Source: Gammaproteobacteria bacterium
GTDB lineage: Bacteria; Pseudomonadota; Gammaproteobacteria; Berkiellales; Berkiellaceae
Length of the DNA: 30,225 nt
NCBI GenBank assembly: GCA_016874315.1
Contig: VGTX01000001.1
Location: 1 to 30,225 of the forward strand
Direction: 5' to 3'
Shown here: positions 27,123-30,225 of the stretch, piece by piece
Layout: each line of letters starts with the position of its first letter
Position numbering within the stretch: position 1 is the first letter of the stretch
Position numbers and translations under genes: made by a program
Notes under the pieces: generated by a model
Database searches by the model: none
What the model saw: only the letters and a program-made list of their open reading frames with translations
What the model was told of the DNA's origin: nothing

Positions 27123-28370
27123 CTATTCTTTGACTTTATGATTCGACTGCTCGCGTGTTCGACGTTGATGTGAATTTGCGATCCCTAGTTCTTCACGATA
27201 CTTCGCAATTGTTCTTCGCGCAATACAAAATCCTTGTCGATTGAGAATTTTTGTCAATGCTTCATCTGAAAGCGGGTTATTTTGGGGTTCATGTTCAATA
27301 ATATTATTCAGAATATGCTTAATGGCTCGATCGGAGACAGTGTCTTGGTGGTGCTTGATTGAGCGTGAAAAGAGTTTTTTACAGTCCCAAATTCCAAACG
27401 GAGTTGCAATCGTTTTGTGTTGAAGTGTGCGAGATATCGTTGACTCATGTAAGTTTAATTTCAGCGCAATATCGCTCAAAATCATCGGCTGTAAAGCCGA
27501 TTCGCCATAGGTAAAAAAATCTTTCTGATATTCAGCAATTGCTGAGGCTACTCGTAACATCGTATTAAATCGCGTTGTGATCATTTTTTTTAAAACCACT
27601 GCTTCTTGATAATGCTTTCGGCATTCCTCTCGTTTTGAAAGATTTTCTGGCCAATCAAGAATCTCAATATTTGGGACAAGTGCCGGGTTTAATCGCGCGC
27701 TATATCCATGCTCATTTTTTTCAATAAGAATATCAGGGAGATTGTATTTTTCTTCTATGGATAGAGTCGGCTCATAATGCATAATCATATTAGCTGGACT
27801 CCAGTACAATAAATTAAGCTCTTTTGTATTTAATTCTTCTAATTTATGGCTAAAATCTCCATGACTCAGATACTCATAAAGAGCTTGATATTGTTTTAAA
27901 CCTTGAAGCTCAGGTCGATACTGTAATTGCCACAGTAGACATTGGCGCGTCGTGCGAGCTCCTAAGCCTATGGGAGATAAACTTATCAACCATCGATCGA
28001 GGGCATTTTGTGTGTTGCTTGAAAAACTTTCAAATACCTCTATTGGACAAAAGCCTCTTGCATCAATCGCTTCAATAAGTTCCATGGCAGCGGGCCAGTA
28101 AGAGTAATCTAATATTGTTCGATCTAATGAATCATGCATGAGAGCTGCGATTGGGCAGATCGAGCGATCGGGAATATTTTCTAAAAAAGATTCATCTGAT
28201 TTTGATGATGATGGATATGTAAAATCAAAAAATGGATTTTGCTCTCTCCAAGTGGACAATGTGCGCTCAATTTCTTCATGGGAAAAAGATAATAATTCAA
28301 TAGCTTGCTTTAACGATGGAGTTAAGCTGAGATGCATGGATTGATGCATTTTCAGCGCTTGTGTTTTCAT
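27123..28370 (-). CDS. rpoN: RNA polymerase sigma-54 factor
   Basis: Region I LSLTPSLKQAIELL, PIGLGAR..RQCLLWQL, PDILI, LQPMILSDIA..LNLHESTISR, PLSDEAL, RpoN box ARRTIAKYRE. ATG 28370 preferred over TTG 28382. Confidence 0.95.
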   Translation of the reverse strand: MKTQALKMHQSMHLSLTPSLKQAIELLSFSHEEIERTLSTWREQNPFFDFTYPSSSKSDESFLENIPDRSICPIAALMHDSLDRTILDYSYWPAAMELIEAIDARGFCPIEVFESFSSNTQNALDRWLISLSPIGLGARTTRQCLLWQLQYRPELQGLKQYQALYEYLSHGDFSHKLEELNTKELNLLYWSPANMIMHYEPTLSIEEKYNLPDILIEKNEHGYSARLNPALVPNIEILDWPENLSKREECRKHYQEAVVLKKMITTRFNTMLRVASAIAEYQKDFFTYGESALQPMILSDIALKLNLHESTISRTLQHKTIATPFGIWDCKKLFSRSIKHHQDTVSDRAIKHILNNIIEHEPQNNPLSDEALTKILNRQGFCIARRTIAKYREELGIANSHQRRTREQSNHKVKE

Positions 28371-28435
28371 ATGCTCTCTCAAAAATATTACGCAAATTCA
28401 CGACTCTATTAAAAGAATATGCGTTTTCAATCTGA

Positions 28436-28487
28436 GATAGGAGCATGTTCACGTGCCTATCAAAGCATAGCAAGCGTTTCGGCTATG
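28436..28487 (-). terminator. Tandem hairpins after the 410-aa gene, candidate terminator
   Basis: On the minus strand right after the stop: catagc/gctatg stem (28466-28487) followed by cttt, then a gatagg/cctatc stem (28436-28461). Confidence 0.35.
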
Positions 28488-29720
28488 TTAAAAGCAGTGG
28501 TGTGTCGAATAGAACTCTTGAATATCCTCTCTCGGATTAAATCTTAATATTTTTATTTTTCTCGGGCTTGAAGCCTCAACAGCATGAGATAATTCTGCAA
28601 TCTCTTCTAGACATTCTTCTGGTTTGAGAATGTGGAGAGGACTCGTCACTTCTTCAGCTGATGAAAAGGATAGACTGCTTTGAATATGATTGCAGCGCTC
28701 TGCAATATCTGGTTGCTCGCTAAACGTTAAAACTTGCTGAACCCGATTGAGTTGATGGGTTGCGGCGAGTAACGCACTCTCTTCTAAAACACATTTGTAT
28801 TGTTCCATGATACTTCTGTAGTTGCTTTCATGTAATTCAAGCTGAGCGATATAATGCTCTTGATCAAGAGAGAGTTTTGTTTGTATATCCCTGTATTTTT
28901 TTAGAGATTCTAATATTTCCTGTAAGTTTTTATTTAGGCGGCGGTATTCACTGATTTGTGTTCGATGACCAATATGATCTAAATTTGTATGACTATAATG
29001 TGGTTGAAGAACACGCAATTTTGACAAGATGTGATTTTTCTCACACTCCAATTCTCTAATTTTTTGAATATTATCCATATATTCTTGAGCAATTCTCGCA
29101 TGATTTTTGATCTTCGAATTATATCGCTGAACTATTTTGTTCTTTGATATCTTATCATTATCAACTTGCCAATCGGTTTTGATATTGTCTCGATTTTGCC
29201 TCATATGCTGAATGGAGGTAATGATGCTGTCACGATCGGAGTCTTGTATATTTTCCTGCCCAAGCATGAGAGGATTGTGAGATTTTTTTTCTAGAATGCT
29301 TGTATAGACATCCTCGGTCAGGCGCATAACCCATTCCATATCAGAAAAGTCATCAAACGCACTTAAGAGTTCGATTGCAAAAAGCGATGGATATTTCACA
29401 AGATGATAATAAAAAAGACTATAAAATCTCAAAGTTCCAGCATGGATATATAAATCTATAAAGCCTTTTTGCAAAATGCTTTCTCTATGCTCAATGAAAG
29501 GAAAATTCTCCATATACAGAAATTCTAAGCCATCGTATATAAAGACAAGCTTCGAAAACACCCCAATACCGGCCTCAATCACGTTATTGTCGAGTTTGGT
29601 TTTTGATAAGTCAACGATCAGTTCTTTGAGCTTTTCAATTTGCTCAGCAGAGAAAGTATGATTAGGAGATTCTATCGCAATTGTAATAATGTCACGGATA
29701 TCAGAGAGAATATGAGCCAT
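28488..29720 (-). CDS. Hypothetical coiled-coil protein (410 aa), effector-like orphan
   Basis: Long ORF with an N-terminal helical domain, a central heptad-rich region and an acidic C-terminal tail. No family motif recognised. Confidence 0.78.
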   Translation of the reverse strand: MAHILSDIRDIITIAIESPNHTFSAEQIEKLKELIVDLSKTKLDNNVIEAGIGVFSKLVFIYDGLEFLYMENFPFIEHRESILQKGFIDLYIHAGTLRFYSLFYYHLVKYPSLFAIELLSAFDDFSDMEWVMRLTEDVYTSILEKKSHNPLMLGQENIQDSDRDSIITSIQHMRQNRDNIKTDWQVDNDKISKNKIVQRYNSKIKNHARIAQEYMDNIQKIRELECEKNHILSKLRVLQPHYSHTNLDHIGHRTQISEYRRLNKNLQEILESLKKYRDIQTKLSLDQEHYIAQLELHESNYRSIMEQYKCVLEESALLAATHQLNRVQQVLTFSEQPDIAERCNHIQSSLSFSSAEEVTSPLHILKPEECLEEIAELSHAVEASSPRKIKILRFNPREDIQEFYSTHHCF

Positions 29721-29781
29721 GCAGCAAATTTAAAGTATGAATAGAGATATTATCTCAATGTTTTAAATATATTTCAATATA

Positions 29782-30225
29782 TCAATGAGATGTGCTTTTT
29801 TTCGGTTTGTTTTTTATAACATTGCTTATCGGGTTGATATTTGGAATATGAGCTGTATGCAGAATTTTTTGATATGTTTTATGTGCATTCTGATATTCTT
29901 GTGTTCTAAAAATCAAACTCTCATGATTGGTTTGTATATGAGATTCTACTACAGACATAAAGTGTGCAATTAAACGGAGGTTTTTTTTCAACACTTGTAT
30001 ATCCGATTCTATCTTATTGATATATGTTCCTTGAAGCATAAGTTCTTTTTGAAATTTTTTGATTTTATCTTGTATGGCTGTTTTATTGGAATAGCACCTG
30101 ATTTGCGTGAAAAATGATTGGCTCTTAAATTCCGAATATACAGTCTCAACTTCTTCAATGCAGGCTTCGAGATTACGATAATATTCTTTTTCCGCATCGA
30201 GTTTTTTTTGCAGAAGGTGAATTTG
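29782..30225 (-). CDS. Hypothetical coiled-coil protein, 5'-truncated by the window end
   Basis: The frame of the 85-aa track ORF stays open to position 30225 (QIHLLQKKLDAEKEYYRNLEACIEEVETVYSEFK...IQDKIKKFQKELMLQGTYINKIESDIQVLKKNL), so the gene starts outside the window. Confidence 0.75.
   Translation of the reverse strand, partial: QIHLLQKKLDAEKEYYRNLEACIEEVETVYSEFKSQSFFTQIRCYSNKTAIQDKIKKFQKELMLQGTYINKIESDIQVLKKNLRLIAHFMSVVESHIQTNHESLIFRTQEYQNAHKTYQKILHTAHIPNINPISNVIKNKPKKSTSH

Noticed and set aside
28491-28502. C-terminal HHCF of the 410-aa orphan as a CaaX prenylation motif
   Set aside because: The Cys is at -2, not -4.
170-30197. The remaining 60-100 aa track ORFs overlapping called genes (e.g. 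170-400, 1880-2116, 8026-8256, 13996-14286, 15425-15727, 18785-19069, 30009-30197)
   Set aside because: Nested or antisense to confident CDSs; consistent with chance ORFs.
1-30225. tRNA, rRNA, CRISPR arrays, IS elements, integrases, prophage or defence genes
   Set aside because: No cloverleaf, repeat-spacer periodicity, terminal inverted repeats with a transposase, or recognisable motifs found by eye.

Overview
AT-rich, densely packed chromosomal window from a Gammaproteobacterium. It is probably a reduced, host-associated (protist/intracellular) lineage related to Legionellales/Coxiellales; this is inferred from a Pht-like MFS transporter, a Rickettsia Sam-like EamA transporter, an RMD1/DUF155 gene and LeuRS lacking the leucine-specific insert. 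Housekeeping blocks: pepP (5'-truncated)-zapA-6S RNA, fba, RMD1-miaB-ybeZ-ybeY-corC-rsfS-rlmH, (minus) MFS-lgt-thyA-fadD, leuS-lptE-holA-like, folA, a HAMP/PAS sensor kinase, tldD-pmbA and (minus) rpoN-hpf. Four orphan helical ORFs are interspersed. I saw no tRNA, rRNA, CRISPR array, transposase or integrase. The strongest oddities are: (1) an HPF-fold protein behind rpoN that is about 19% histidine with a poly-His/Cys tail; (2) an orphan sensor kinase with degenerate H-, N- and G2-box residues (candidate pseudokinase or phosphatase); (3) a Sam-like SAM importer whose last codons are the antisense of the 6S RNA closing stem; (4) altered LeuRS editing motifs; (5) gaps at both canonical PTS-Ntr loci; (6) orphan effector-like proteins, two of which share a C-terminal F-N motif at exactly -17. 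All family calls rest on motif recognition and recalled sequences; no database search was run.
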